This document shows, in pieces, positions 40,809 to 53,769 of a stretch of DNA of 64,000 nt (its first letter is position 1; every line of letters starts with the position of its first letter). A program made the translations under genes and the position numbers. The notes below the pieces were generated by a model. The model ran no database searches, had not been told where the DNA came from, and worked only from the letters and a program-made list of their open reading frames with translations. Origin of the DNA: the human T2T-CHM13v2.0 reference genome, Homo sapiens. The stretch lies in the NCBI RefSeq assembly GCF_009914755.1, contig NC_060925.1, one strand, 5' to 3'.

Positions 40809-40967
40809 AACAGAATGTAAATGGGAAGAAATGTTTTCCTGGGAGAAAAATGATACTGGTCTCTATTTCCCCTCCTGGAGGTAATTGACAATCAATTGCT
40901 TAATTGTTCTCAGAATCTTTCCTATTTCTACCATAAATGTCACAATAACAGCACAAATGTACTAATA

Positions 40968-41095
40968 CAATCATTTATTCATTCAACAAACTCTTTTTGA
41001 GTAATTATTAGTGGCTAGGCATTGGGATTATCATTTTTGGATACAAAGAAAAATAGAGTACAGAATCCATTACCTCAAGGCTCTTGTTCTCTAGC
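40968..41095 (-). mobile_element. L2 3' end
   Basis: TCATTTATTCATTCAACAAA...TTGAG. Confidence 0.6.
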
Positions 41096-41096
41096 A

Positions 41097-41659
41097 TGTG
41101 TGTCTTAGGTATTTAAACATATGTTCACAGGTACAAAATATTGCACATAGAACTTTAAAATGCATAACAAAAGAAATCATATTTGTGATAACTTAGTATT
41201 ATGCTCCAAACTAATAGTTGTCACAGATTATTCAAATTCTAAACCTTTCCGGGAAGAAGTGCCGTATACAGCACTTCTCTTCCATCCTCGCATCTCCCTT
41301 CCCACCAGTACAATGCCTTGGACTTACGTAAAGTGTAGATTTACTGAGTGCCAGACAAATGCAAAATTGACTTTTCCTCTGCTCCTTTCTTTTACATGTA
41401 AAATGTAGATTCACAAAGCTAATCAGACCCTCACAAGAATGTAACCACTTGTCTCATTGCTTACCCACTCTCCTTTTTTGTTCCCCTCCCGCTTGCTCTT
41501 TCCCCTTTAAATATTGAAGCTCCCAAAACCATCTTTTGAAAAAGCACTGGTCACACATCCTGCTATGACTTGCATTTCTTCTTCCCAGGAGTGTCTTCAA
41601 CCTTGGCAAAATTAACCTCTAATTGATTGAAATTTGCCTCAGTCACTGTTCAGTTTACA
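41097..41659 (+). mobile_element. ERV1 (MER4-group-like) solo LTR
   Basis: 3' end CCTTGGCAAAATTAACCTCTAATTGATTGAAATTTGCCTCAG...GTTTACA; TATA-like CTTTAAATATTGAAG; left boundary uncertain. Confidence 0.7.
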
Positions 41660-41976
41660 AAGTTACCCAGCTCTTCTGCTTAAATCTTTCTCTTAAGCTC
41701 CCTTTAACTACCTTTACTGGACTTCTCTACCTTGCTGTTTCTTAGACATCTAAAGTTCAGCATATTAAAAACCAATGTTGTGGGGTTTTTTAAACATAAT
41801 GATGTCCCTTTATTCATTGTGGTACTTCAAAAACAAAATACATACATTATTAAGAAAATAAAACACAGCAAAGCAGAATTGAACATTTGAGTACTTTTTG
41901 CCTCTTCCTTTTCTCTTACCAGAAACCATCTAAAGAGGTAAAGAATGGTAATTGTTTTCTAGATATGTTGAAAATA

Positions 41977-44900
41977 TTTTTTTCTTTTCTTTCCAACTTT
42001 TATTTTACTTTCACTGGGTACATGTACAGGTTTGTTATGGATACATTGCATGTCATGGGGGTTTGGTGTGCAGATAATGTTGTTATCCAGGTAATCAGCA
42101 TAGTACCCAATAGGTAGGTTTTCAGTGCTCACCCTCCTCCCAACCTCCACCCTCAAGTAGGCCCTGATGTCTATTGCTCTCTTCTTTGTCAAGAAACTCA
42201 AAGTTTAGCTCCCACTTGTAAGTGAGAACATGTGATATTTGATTTTCTTTTCCAGCATTAATTTGCTTAGGATAATGGCCTTCAGATCCATGCATGTTGC
42301 TGCAAAGGATATGATTTCATTATTTTTTATGGCTGCATAGTATTCCATGGTGTATATGTATCATGTTTTCTTTATCTAGTCCAGCATTGATGGGCATTTA
42401 AGTTGATTCCATGTCTTTGCTATTGTGAATAATGCTGTGATGAACATATGCATCCATATGTTTTTATGGTGGAAAGATTTATATTCCTTTGGGTATATAC
42501 CCAGTAATGAGATTGCTGGGTTGAATGGTAGTTTTATTTTAAGTTCTTTGAGAAATCTCTAGACTGTTTTCTACAGTCACTGAACTAATTTACATTCCTG
42601 CCAGCAGTATATAAGTGTTCCCTTTTCTCTGCAACCCTGCGAGCATCTGTTATTTTTTGACTTTTTAATAGTAGGCATTCTGACTAGTACAGGATGGTAT
42701 CTCATCGTGGTTTTCATTAGTGATATTGGTTTCAGTAGTGATATCATGGTTTTCATTAGTGAAATGTGGTTTCGTTGGTGATACTAAGCATTTTTTTCAA
42801 ATGCTCAATAGTCACGTGTACATGTTCTTTTGAGAATTATCTGTTCATGTCCTTTGCCCACTTTTTTAATGGGGTTGTTAGTTTTTTGCTTGTTGATTTA
42901 ATTTCCCTATAGATTCTGGATATTAGACCTTTGTTGGATGCATAGTTTGCAACTGTTCTCTCCCTTTCTGTAGGTTTTCTGTTTACTTTGTTGATAGTTT
43001 CTTTTGGTGTGCAGAAACTCTTTAATTAGATCCTACTTGTCAATTTTTGTTTTTGTTGCAGTTGCTTTTGGAGTCTTCATCATGAAGTCTCTGCCAGGGC
43101 CAATGTCCAGAATACTAGGTTTTCTTCTAGAGTTTTTATAGTTACAGGTTTTACGTTTAAGGCTTTAATCTATTTTGAGTTGATTTTTGTATATGATGAA
43201 AGGGAGGGGTCCAGTTTCAATCTTCTGCATATGGTTAGCCAGTTATTGCAGCACCATTTTTGAATAAGAAGTCCTTTCTCTATTGTTTGTTATTGTCTGC
43301 TTTGTTGAAAATCACAGAGACATACTAAGTGTCTGTCTTTATTTCTGGGTTCTCTAACCTTTTCTATTGGTGTATATGTCTGTTTTTGTACCAGTACCTT
43401 ACTGTTTTTATTACTGCAGCTTTGTGATATAGTTTGGAATTGGGTAATGTGATGCCTCCTGCTCTGTTCTTTTTGCTTAGGGTTGCTTTGGCTATTTGGA
43501 CTCTTTTTTTCTTTCCAAATGAATTTTAGAATTTTCTCTTCTAATTCTGTGAAAAAATGCCATTCATAGTTTGACAGGAATAGCATTGAATATATAAATT
43601 GCTTTGGACAAAATGGCCATTCTAACAACATTGATTCTTCCTATCCATGAGTAGGGGATATTTTTTCCATTTGTTTCTGTTGTCTCTGGTTTCTTTCAGC
43701 AGTGTTTTGTAATTCTTGTTGTAGAGATCTTTCACCTCCCTAGTTAGCTGTATTCCTAGGTATTTTATTCTTTTTGTGGCTATTGTGAATGGGATTGCAC
43801 TCTTGATTTGGGTCTCAGCTTGGACATTATTGGTGTATAAAAATGCTACTGATTTTTGTACATTGATTTTGTATCCTAAAACTTTGCTGAGGTTGTTTAT
43901 CAGATCTAGGAGTTTTTGGAGAGTGATTATGCGGTTTTCTATGTATAGGTTCATACTGTCTGCAAGGACAGATAGTTTGACTTCTCTTCCTATATGGATG
44001 TCTTTTATTTCTTTCTTTTGCCTGACTGCTCTGGCTAGGACTTCTAGTAGTATGTTGAACAGGAGTGGTGAGAATAGGCATCCTTGTCTTTTTCTGGTTC
44101 TCAAGGTGAATGCATCCAGCTTTTGCCCATTCAGTATGATGTTGGCTGTGGGTTGGCCATAGATGGCTCTTATTATTTTGAGGTATGTCCTTTTGTGCCT
44201 AGTTTGTTGAGGGTTTTTAACATGAAAGGGTGTTGAATTATATTAAAAGCCTTTTCTGCATCTATTGAGATGATGAAGTGGTCTTTGTTTTTAGTATTGT
44301 TTATTTTATGAATCACATTTATTGATTTGTGTATGTTGAACCAACCTTGCATATCAAGGATAAAGCCTACTTGATTGTGATGGATTAGCTTTTTGATGTG
44401 CTGCTGGATTCAGTTTACTTGTATTTTGTTGAATATTTTTGCTTCTATGTTCATCAGGGATATTGCCCTGAGGTTTTCTTTTTTGTTGTGTCTCTGCCAG
44501 GTTTTGGTATCAGAATGATGCTGACCCATAGAATGAGTTAGGGAGGAGCTCCTCCTCCTTGAATTTTGGAATTGTTTTGGTAGGATTGGTACCAACTCTT
44601 CTTTATATATCTGGTAGAATTCAGCTGTGAATCTGCCTGGTCAATGCCTTTATATGGTCAGTAGGGTTTTTTTTTTGTTATTATTACTGATTCAGTTTTG
44701 GAACTAGTTATTGGTCTGGTCAGGTTTTAATTTCTTCCTGTTTAAATCTTGGGAGGTTTTATGTTTCTGGGAATTTATCCATTTCTTCTAGATTTTCTAT
44801 TTTGTGTACATAGAGGTATTCATAATAGTCACTGGGTTTTTTGTTTTGTTTTGTTTTCTGTGTTTCTGTGGGGTTAGTCTTAATGTCCCATTTGTAATTT

Positions 44901-47900
44901 CTGATTGTGTTTATTTGGATCTTCTCACCTTTTTTCTTTATTAGTCTAGCTAGCAGTCTGTCAATATTATTTATTCTTTCAAAAAAAAAAACCCAACTCG
45001 TGGTTTTCTTGATTTTTTATATGTTTTTTTCTTACCTCCATTTCATTCACTTCAGTTCTGATATTGGTTATTCCTTTTCTTCTGCTAGGTTTGGGGTTGC
45101 TTTGTTTTCATTTTTCTAGTTCCTCTAGGTGCGATATTATGTTGTTAATTTGAGATCTTTCTAACTTTTTGATGTGGACAGTTAGCAATGTAAACATTCC
45201 TCTTAATGTTGCTTTAGCTGTGTCCCAGAGATTCTTGTATCCTGTATCTTTGTTTTTGTTAGTTTCAAAGAATTTCTTGATATGTGCCTTAGTTTCATTG
45301 TTTACCCAAAAGTCATTGGAAGCAGATGTTTAATTTCCACGTAAATGTATAGTTTTGAGAGTTCTTCTTTGTATTGATTTCTATTTTTATTGTGCTGTGG
45401 TTTGAGAGTGTGGTTGGTGTGATTTCAGTTTTTTTTGAATTTGTTGAGAATTGCTTTATGGCTGAAAGCATGGTCAACTTTAAAGTATGTGCCATGTTCA
45501 GAGCAGAAGAATTTATGTTGTGTGTTTTTGTGGGGGTGAAGAGCTCTGTAGATGTCTGCTGGGTATATTTGGTCAAGGGTTGAGTGTAAGTCCCAAATAT
45601 TTTTGTTAATGTTTGGCTTTGATGATCTGTTTATTACCATCAGTGTAGTGTTGAAGACTCCCACTATTATTTGTATGGTTATCTAAGCCTCTTTGTAAGT
45701 CTCTATGAACTCGTTTTATGCATATGGGAGCTTCAGTGTTGGGTGCATATATATTTAGCATTGTTAAATCTTTTTGTTGAATTGAACCCTTTATCATTAT
45801 GTAATGCCCTTCTTTGTCCTTTTCAATCACTGTTGCTTTAAACTCTGTTTTGTCTGAAATAAAAATAGCAACTCCTGCTCTTTTTTGTTTTCCATTTGCT
45901 TGAAAGATCTTTCTCCATCCCTTTACTTTGAGCCTATGGGTGTCCTTGCATGTAAGATGGGTCTCTTGGAGACAGCATAGAGTTGGGTGTTGCTTTTTTA
46001 TACAACTTGCCACTATGCGCCTTTTAGATGGGGCACGTAGCCCATTTATATTCAAGATTAATATTGATATGTGCAGATTTGATCCTGTCATTATGTTTTT
46101 AGCTGGTCACTATGTATACTTGATTGTGTAGTTGCTTTATAGTGTCAATGGTCTATGTACTTAAGTGTGTTTTTGTGTGGGTGGATAATGGTCTTTTGCT
46201 TCCAAGTTTAGCACTCCTTTAAGGACCTCTTCTTAGGCAGGTCTGGTGGTAACAAATTCTCTTAGCATTTGCTTGTCTGAAAAGGATTTTATTTCTCCTT
46301 TGTTTGAAGTTTAGTCTGCTGGACGTGAAATCCTTGACTGGAGTTTATTTTCTTTAAAGTTTCTGAGTATAGGCCCAGTCTCTTTTGGCTTGTGGGGTTT
46401 CTGCTAAAAGGGTCCACTGTTCCATTTGTAGGTGACCTGCCTCTTCTCTGTAGCTGCCTTTGAATTTTTTTCTTTCAAGTTTACCTTGGAGAATCTGATG
46501 ACTATGTGTCTGGGGGATGGTTATCTTATACAGTATCTTGCAGGGGTTCTCTAAATTTCTGAATTTGAATGTCAGTTTCTCTAAAGAAGTTGGGGAAATT
46601 TTCATGGACAGTATTTTCAAATATGTTTTCCAAGTTGCTTGCTTTCTCTCCTTCTCTTTTAGGAATGTCAGTGAGTCATAGGTTTGGTCTCTTGACATAA
46701 TTCCATATTTCCTGGAGGTTTTGTTCAATTTTTAAAATTCTTTTCTCTTTATTTTAGTCTAACTGAGTCACTTCCAAGAACCAGTCTTTGAGCACTGAGA
46801 TTCTTTCCTCAGCTTAATCTATTCTGCTGTTAATACTTTCAATCATGCTATGAAATTCTTGTGGTGAGTTTTTCAGCTCTAACAGGTCAGTTTGGTTCTT
46901 TCTTAAAATGGCTTTTTCATCTTTCGTTTCTTGAATCATCTTACTAATTCCTTAAATTCCTTGGATTGGGTTTCAACTTTCTCCTGAATCTTGAGGATCT
47001 TTGTTGCCATCCAGATTCTGAGTAATTTCAGCCATTTCATTCTGGTCAAGAATCATTGCTGGGGAGCTAGTGTGATCACTTGGGATTAAGAAGACATTCT
47101 GACTTTTAGAGTTGCCAGAGTTCTTGTACTGGTTACTTCTCATCAGAGTGGATTCATGTTCCATTAACTGTGGTGAAATTTGAGTATAGTCAGTTGGCTT
47201 TGTTTCTGGATGTTTTCAGAGGGCCACAGCTTTGTGCAGGGTCTTTGTGGCTGAGTTCTTGTCCTTGGTTTCACAGATGCATATATTAGCAAAGTATTTT
47301 TGGTGTTGAAGTCTGGACTGTGGTCCAGTGGATGGTGCTTCAGCATAATGACCAGTAGAAAGACTCTTACTCAGCCTATGTCTCCTCTGTATTTCTTTGT
47401 GTTTGCAGCCATGCTACCTCTAAATGCTCTGAAATTGTGGGCTCCTCTCCCACTCAAGTGCTGGCCATAGATCTAGACTTGGCACTCCCAGGCTTCACAC
47501 TACATCCCTGGGGTGAGTTAAGGTTTTATGTTTTCTCTTCAACTTGGTGGCACCAGGGTCAGGGACCTTTGCAGTGGCAATGGCAGAGGAACTTTCAGTT
47601 ATCTCTTGGGGCACCATTTCCACCCCAGAGAAATGCAGAGCCACTGCCAATCAGAATGATCAGCTGTGGGTGGGGTGGCTGTGCTGTGAACCCAAGCTGT
47701 GGGACCCTTCCTGGTGAAGACCAGGATGGATGGGGGTCTCATGGGGAAGACAGTCTGGCCTCTTCTCCATATGGTGAGTGCAATGTGCTGGAGGTATGAG
47801 TGAAACACCATGGCTCTTTGTTCCTTCCCCAGCCCAAGGGCAACAAGAGCCAGTACAGCGGCAGCAGCAGTGGCAGAGGAGTTATCAGTCGCCTCTGGGA

Positions 47901-48970
47901 ACTCCACTCTAGAGAGACACAGAAGGGCTGCCAATGGGAAGGTTCAGCCAGGAGTGGGCCTGCTGGAGCAGGGGGTCAGGGGTTCACAGGAAAGAGAAAC
48001 TGGGCTCCTTTCTGTATGGTGGCTGCAATGTGCTGGAGGTGCGAGCAAAGCAAGCAGGTTCTTTGTTCCTCAACCCAAGGGCAGCAAAGATGGTACTACT
48101 GCAGCAGCAATGGCAGAGAAAGTCTGTGGGTTGTCTCTGGGTATTCCACTCCAGAGAAAAGCGGAGTTGCCACCAACTGAAGTTATCAAGTGAGGGCAGG
48201 GCAGCTGGGCTGGGGACTCAGGTGAGGAGGCCCTGCCCATTGAAGAGTAGCAGGGGCAGGAACTCTCATGGAAAACGGTCTGGCCACTTTTCCATAAAGC
48301 AGCTGCAGTGTGCTGGAGGTCTATGATAATAGTTCTTAGGCTTTTTTTTGTTCCCTCCCCAGCCTGACGGCAGTAGGGATGGGGCCTGCAGCAGCAGCAG
48401 CAAAGGCTGCAGTCCTGTTGGTTACCTCTGGGAGCACCAACCCAGAGAAATGCTGAGCTGTGACCAGTTAGTGTGCTCTGAGGGGATAGATTAGCTGTGC
48501 TTGGGTCCTAGGGCAGTGGCCTTTGCCGGAGGAGGTGCAGTGGAGGCAAGGTCTGCAGTCTGTCCACTCCTCTGCACTGTGGATGTGGCCTCTATCCTAA
48601 GGATGTGCATGAGAGCCTGGCCTCCCTTGTTGGCAGGGCTGTGGTCCCGGGTGCCAGGGAGCCCAGGGATCCAATTTCCTTGGGGCTGTACATAGGCCTG
48701 TGCTGCGGCTCTGCCCAGACTCTACCCAGCTCTTCGTTTCAGTCTGGAGATCCCATGGAGAGGCAGTAAGGGGGTATCTCCTGTGCCCAGGGTTGCAAAG
48801 GTCCATGGCAGAAGTGTAGGTCTCTGGGTTCTCTCGCTCACTCACCCTTTCCCTACAGTGGGGAGCCTCCCTTGCCTGCATGCCAATCCCAGATGGGTGG
48901 CTGTACTGCCTTGTTCCTCTCTGCTCTACATGGGTCCCTTGGCTTCCCTGATGAATCCCAATGTGTCCCT
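41977..48970 (-). mobile_element. Near full-length older L1PA (PA13-16-like), ~7 kb, both ORFs disrupted
   Basis: 3' end TTCCAACTTTTATTTTA...GGTACATGTACAGGTTTGTT; ORF2 remnants MTGSNLHISILILNINGL...QETHL (46091), [18 protein letters not shown]; ORF1 ~46300-47150; GC-richer 5' UTR ~47300-48970. Confidence 0.95.
45606..46091 (-). pseudogene. L1 ORF2 endonuclease N-terminal remnant (161 aa then frameshift)
   Basis: MTGSN..ISIL.LN.NGL, CCLQETHL, KDKEGHYIMIKGSI, LNIYAPN motifs. Confidence 0.9.
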
Positions 48971-49059
48971 AATGTTGTTATTTCTCTCCTAACTTTTCCC
49001 TTATCCTGTGCTCATGATTATTATTGAATACTTGCTCCCCAAATATCACTAGCACAATG

Positions 49060-49495
49060 TGTTGATAATTTAAAGTTCAGTTCATTATTTACCGAAGTAA
49101 GAGAGAATACCACCTTGATAGAACTTTGGCAGTGTGTGGGAAGCGGGAAAGCAAAATTTGAATTTGTTGAGACTTTTGGTTTAAGATGGGTGTTTTAATG
49201 TGGGGACTTGATTAGGATTCGGTAAGGGTCACCATACAACTGTTTAGGATTGGTGGAATCGGCAAGGTGGGGATTTTTGAGGGAAGGAATTTAAAGAATT
49301 CTAGGGTACAAACTGTTGATGCTTTCCATTGAAGACTTTAGCTGTTTCCAGAAAGTTTTCTCATGCAGAATCAAGTCATTTGTCTGAACTAAATTCTCCT
49401 GCAATTGTAAAGTCTTATTAATGATGGCAATAGAAAAGTCATGCTGATATTGTGCGTAAGTTAGGTTTGGAGGTGGAAGTGGGTAGTTTCCATCC
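49060..49495 (-). mobile_element. Probable ancient LTR fragment (family uncertain)
   Basis: CCACCTTGATAGAACTTTGGCAG...GAATTTGTTGAG and ACTTGATTAGGATT motifs resemble old ERVL-type LTRs. Confidence 0.4.
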
Positions 49496-49498
49496 ACA

Positions 49499-50400
49499 TT
49501 GATTTTGGACTTCTAGCTTCCAGAACAAGAAGACAATACATTTCTGTTATTTTGAACCATCCAGTTTGTAATACTTTGTTATAGCAGCCATAGGAAACTA
49601 CAACTAATGTTAATGAAGCAGGTGACTACACATTTTTTTTTAACAACAACAACAACAAAATTACCTCCTATTAAGAATAACCACAAAATCATCAAACTGG
49701 ATTCTTTCAACATGTATTTATTGAGCACACAGTGTCCAATCTGTGTGTGGACGTACATGGTTTGAGTTCTCATTATCTACAAACTTGCTTGAAACAACTG
49801 GGCAGCTGATGGTTATGTGAATGTATACTTGCTTCATATATTCACTGTTTAAGCCTCGATAATATTAGACCTCTCTTGTAATTTCTTAGAAGAATTCATT
49901 CACAAATGATCATTGCTAATAAAAATTCCTTTTAAGCCGTATTTAATTGGATGACACTTAGCTTGAACACCTAACAGCGAATTATATATAACCCCATTTG
50001 TGATCTTCTCCATGCACAACTCTTTGATCCCCCATTTACATCAGGTACCTAACTGTATAAAACTATCCATGACACTCTAGGGCACTGCTTTACCTGTATT
50101 TTGCATGGGCATTTTCTGTGATTGGCTGAATAATCTTTGAAGGCAGTTTTTAGCATACTAGCTGCAGAACAGACAATAGGAGCTTAATAAATACATACTG
50201 AAAGAACCCAGTTTGATGATTTTGTGGTTATTCTTAATAGGAGGTAATTTTTTTTTGTTAAAAAAATGTGTAGTGACCTGTTTCATTAACATTAGTTGTA
50301 GTTTCCCATGGCTGCTGTAACAAAGTATCACAAACTGTGTGGTTCAAAGTAACAGTAATTTATTGTTTTCCTGATCTGGAAGCTAGAAGTCCAAAATCAA
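49499..50400. repeat. Inverted duplication, arms 49499-49726 and 50182-50400
   Basis: Manual alignment: ~17 substitutions plus one simple-repeat length difference; 44-bp exact block. Confidence 0.95.
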
Positions 50401-50752
50401 GTTGTTCTCAGGACCATGCTGCTCCTGAAACTTGTGGGTTTGCCTCCTCCTAGCTTTTGATAGATTGCTGGCAGTCCTTGGCATTCATGAGCTTGCAGCT
50501 GCATAACTCCAATCTCTGCCTTTGCCACCATGGCATTCTCCTTGTGTGTGTCTGTCTTCACGTGGCCGTCTTCTTATATTGACGCCAATCACATTGGATT
50601 AGAGGCCCAGTCTACTCCAGTTATGACCTTGTTTTAACTTGACTGATCACATCTGCAATGACCCTAGCTCCAAATAAGGTCATGTTCTGAGGTACTGGTA
50701 TTCTGAAGTACTTTCATGTATCTATTTTTGAGAACCAATTCAACCTATAACA
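50292..50752 (-). mobile_element. MLT1C-like MaLR solo LTR
   Basis: GTTTCCCATGGCTGCTGTAACAAAGTATCACAAACT...CAATTCAACCTATAACA. Confidence 0.88.
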
Positions 50753-51956
50753 CTGACTTATATAATTCACTTTTGAACTAGAATGACAAACTATTGGCAC
50801 CTAGTGGGTGCCACAAAATGATATTCCTTTCCTTCCTTCTTCATGCTGGGTTATAATTACAGTGACTATTCATGACTGATTTCTGTCTGTCCCAGTGCCT
50901 TTATGCTTGTCAGAAGGTGTGCACGCAATGTGGTGAAAATTGGGTCACCCATTTACCTGTTGATCCTCATCAACTGGCAGGTGGTTTCTGAGGACCTGGG
51001 CTTTTTAATGCTATTCGGTGATTTTTCTTAGAGAACCATCGGTCTGCCCCTCATGCAGTATGTAGCCACTGCTGGTTTCTTTCTTTGTCATTTTGTACAG
51101 TCTTGCTGCACTCCCTCCTACACCACAATATGCTTTTGTGCAAGGAGCCAGCTCATTTCAGGGAGAGGAGAGGCGTCCAGCTGCCCATGGACCCCACCAA
51201 CACCAGCTCTGACATAGGAGGGGAAACAGCCCCGAGAGGTGCAAAGTATTCTAAGTTATGGATGTTCATAGAAGGGTAGTTTGTTTTATTTGTAATTCTT
51301 TACTTTTGGCTGTGCTTACCTCCTGCCAGATTTCTAACTCCCTTAACATTTAAGATTGCCAAATCAGGCCATCTGTAAACATGAAAAGTTGTAAAACTGG
51401 GGTCTTTCACCAAAGTGATAGTTTTAATATTCTGAACAGAAGAAAAACTAATATTTTAGTTCTGAAAGTCCCAAATAATATAGTTTGGAGTGGGTATAGC
51501 CTCTCTGTTCTCCATCCTCTGCATTTCTCAGGGTTTTCTGAATGTGGGTGGATCTTGGTTTGATGGCCATCTTTTTCTTCCTCTCTGTCGAGAATGTGCC
51601 TTGGCAAGCATTGGAGAAGCCCAGCACAGCTTTTGTGAGCCAGAAAGGTTAAAACTGAGCTGACAGGACAGCCCCAGCTCTCTGCTGTTGGTGAGTTATT
51701 CTGTTTATTCTACATATGTTTCCTTTTAATTAAAATGTCATTTTTAATTAAAAATGAAATGTCAAGAAGGAAAAAAATTGGCAAAGTCTGGATGATTGCA
51801 ATGAATGCAAGCAGGAATAGTCAGTAGAGAGAAATAACTTTAAAAGAACGAGACTGTATCTTATTCACCATTTTGGTTAAAAAGAAAAAAAACAAAACAA
51901 AACAAAAACAAAGAGAGCTTTGGAGGGTTTTGAATGCTCTCTGCTGTTCATGGCAG

Positions 51957-51957
<1 letters not shown>

Positions 51958-51999
<42 letters not shown>
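51958..51999. repeat. (CA)n microsatellite, ~21 units
   Basis: Direct reading. Confidence 0.98.
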
Positions 52000-52000
<1 letters not shown>

Positions 52001-52789
52001 CTGCTTTATAGCTTGTTCCCATAATTAAAAAATATATATTTGATGTGTGGGCACATGCTTTAAGTTAATGAAGGATGCTGATGGGTGCCACATCTTTCAT
52101 GAGTGATAGAGCCACTAATGAGATGTAGCATTGACTGTAGAGGGCACCAATAAATTGTGTAAAACACCCCTGCTGGCCATTTATTTAATTTATTTTATGG
52201 AAGCATAATGCCTTATAGTTTAATATGGAGCTTTTATTTTGTTATAAAGACCCAAGTCTACAATGGGGTTTTCAAGAATTATGCATCATTTATGCCTCCC
52301 ATTTCAGCATGGCACTGATAGAGAATATTCTACATTATGATTAAATCCTCAAAGAGATGCTTCTATAGGCAAAAGCAACTGCACTAGAGTTTACATTATG
52401 TTTTCTGCAGAGTGGGAACTGACACGTGGTTAGGAATGTGGTGGGGCTTGTAGAAATCAGTTGCAGAAGAGCAACGAAAGGTAGTTTTGGTATGGAATAA
52501 AGGAAAGACCAATGAGAAGTGAGCCTCTCCGCAGCAGGTAGTGTCTTCATTTGGTCTTCCATCTTTATCTTTTTATGCCTTTTTTGCTCTTTTGATCATG
52601 CTGAGAAACTTCCTCTCCCTCTCCACATTTGGCAACTTTGCCTCATTTTCTTTCCTGTATGGTGCCATTCTTTTCCCTGACTTAGGTCTTTGCTTATGTT
52701 CTTTCCTCCGACATGTAATCATCCCACTATACCCTCCATGAACTCCCCACCTAACTTCTGCTACTTGCTCTTTGAAGCTCTGTTTATAA

Positions 52790-53075
52790 AATCAGTTCTC
52801 AACTTCAATGATTTCTATCCTGTAATGACATTTTTTCCCTTCCATCAGTAAGTCCTGTGAATATTCTTTCATAACTCCCTGGACTTCTTCCTTGTATCAC
52901 TTATAGCACCTGTAATTAAATGCTTAATTGCCAACTGAATTTGGTTACATTTTCTAGAATGTAAGCTCCAGGAAGGCAGAAACAGTGCCTACCTTGCTTA
53001 TAGCTGCATCCCTAGCACCTGGCATGATGTCTTGTACATAGCAAATTTCAGATAAATATTTGTTGTTGATTAAAT
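52790..53075 (+). mobile_element. L2 3' part
   Basis: CTAGAATGTAAGCTCCAGGAAGGCAG...CCTAGCACCTGGCA...ATAAATATTTGTTG. Confidence 0.8.
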
Positions 53076-53299
53076 ATTTACTCTCAGTAAAGACTGTAAG
53101 TATTTGGTTAGTATGGTTTGCTTAAAAGCAAGTGAAAAGTAGTACAGGTTCATGAAAATTGTGAAAGGGCTTTATAAACCATTATACATACCTCCAGTTT
53201 AGCTCTCTCTCCAATCCTGCTTGCATTCTGTGAAAATGAAACTAAGAATTAGAGTTTGATTCTCGTAATGATACAGAAAAAAGCTGTAATTTTATGGAA

Positions 53300-53395
53300 A
53301 CATAATTCAATAAACCTATACTGAAAGTCTACTATGTGCCAGACAGAGTACTTGGCACCTAATGTCCCTACAGTTAAGGAGCTTTCAGTTTGGTA
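53300..53395 (-). mobile_element. L2 3' end
   Basis: ATTCAATAAAC...CTACTATGTGCCAGAC. Confidence 0.6.
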
Positions 53396-53769
53396 AAATT
53401 TGTTGAGCAAGTAAGAATTGAAAAACATTTTTATCTACATTGGCTGTCTTTTGTATTTCCCCACCAGTAAATGTTATGTAAAGGAAGCCCAGTTCTTACA
53501 ATGTATATGACAAAATATACTTGTGTCTATCTACAAAACAAAAACCTGAAGGAAATTGAAATGCTATTCCTTGTTTGCTCTATTAGTTTATTAGTATGAA
53601 AGTATTACTTTATTGAAACATAAAATAAAATGGTTGAAATGATATTGTGTACACATTATTTTCTGTCTAGTACTCAATTTTGTAAATATAAGTAGTAAAA
53701 GTAAAGACATCTCTTATCCATTTCACTAGATTTTTTTACAGTTATCTTTAAAAATTTATTGGAAAGATT

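Noticed and set aside
43290-46728. Minus-strand RT/EN/ORF1-like ORFs up to 161 aa
   Set aside because: Decayed ORFs of the old L1PA element, with multiple stops and frameshifts.
47560-48530. Four ~240-290 bp diverged tandem units (GCAGCAGCAATGGCAGAG...CCAGAGAAA) and a cluster of 110-130 aa ORFs
   Set aside because: They lie in the L1 5' UTR, where repeated monomers are a known feature of older L1 families; the ORFs reflect higher GC.
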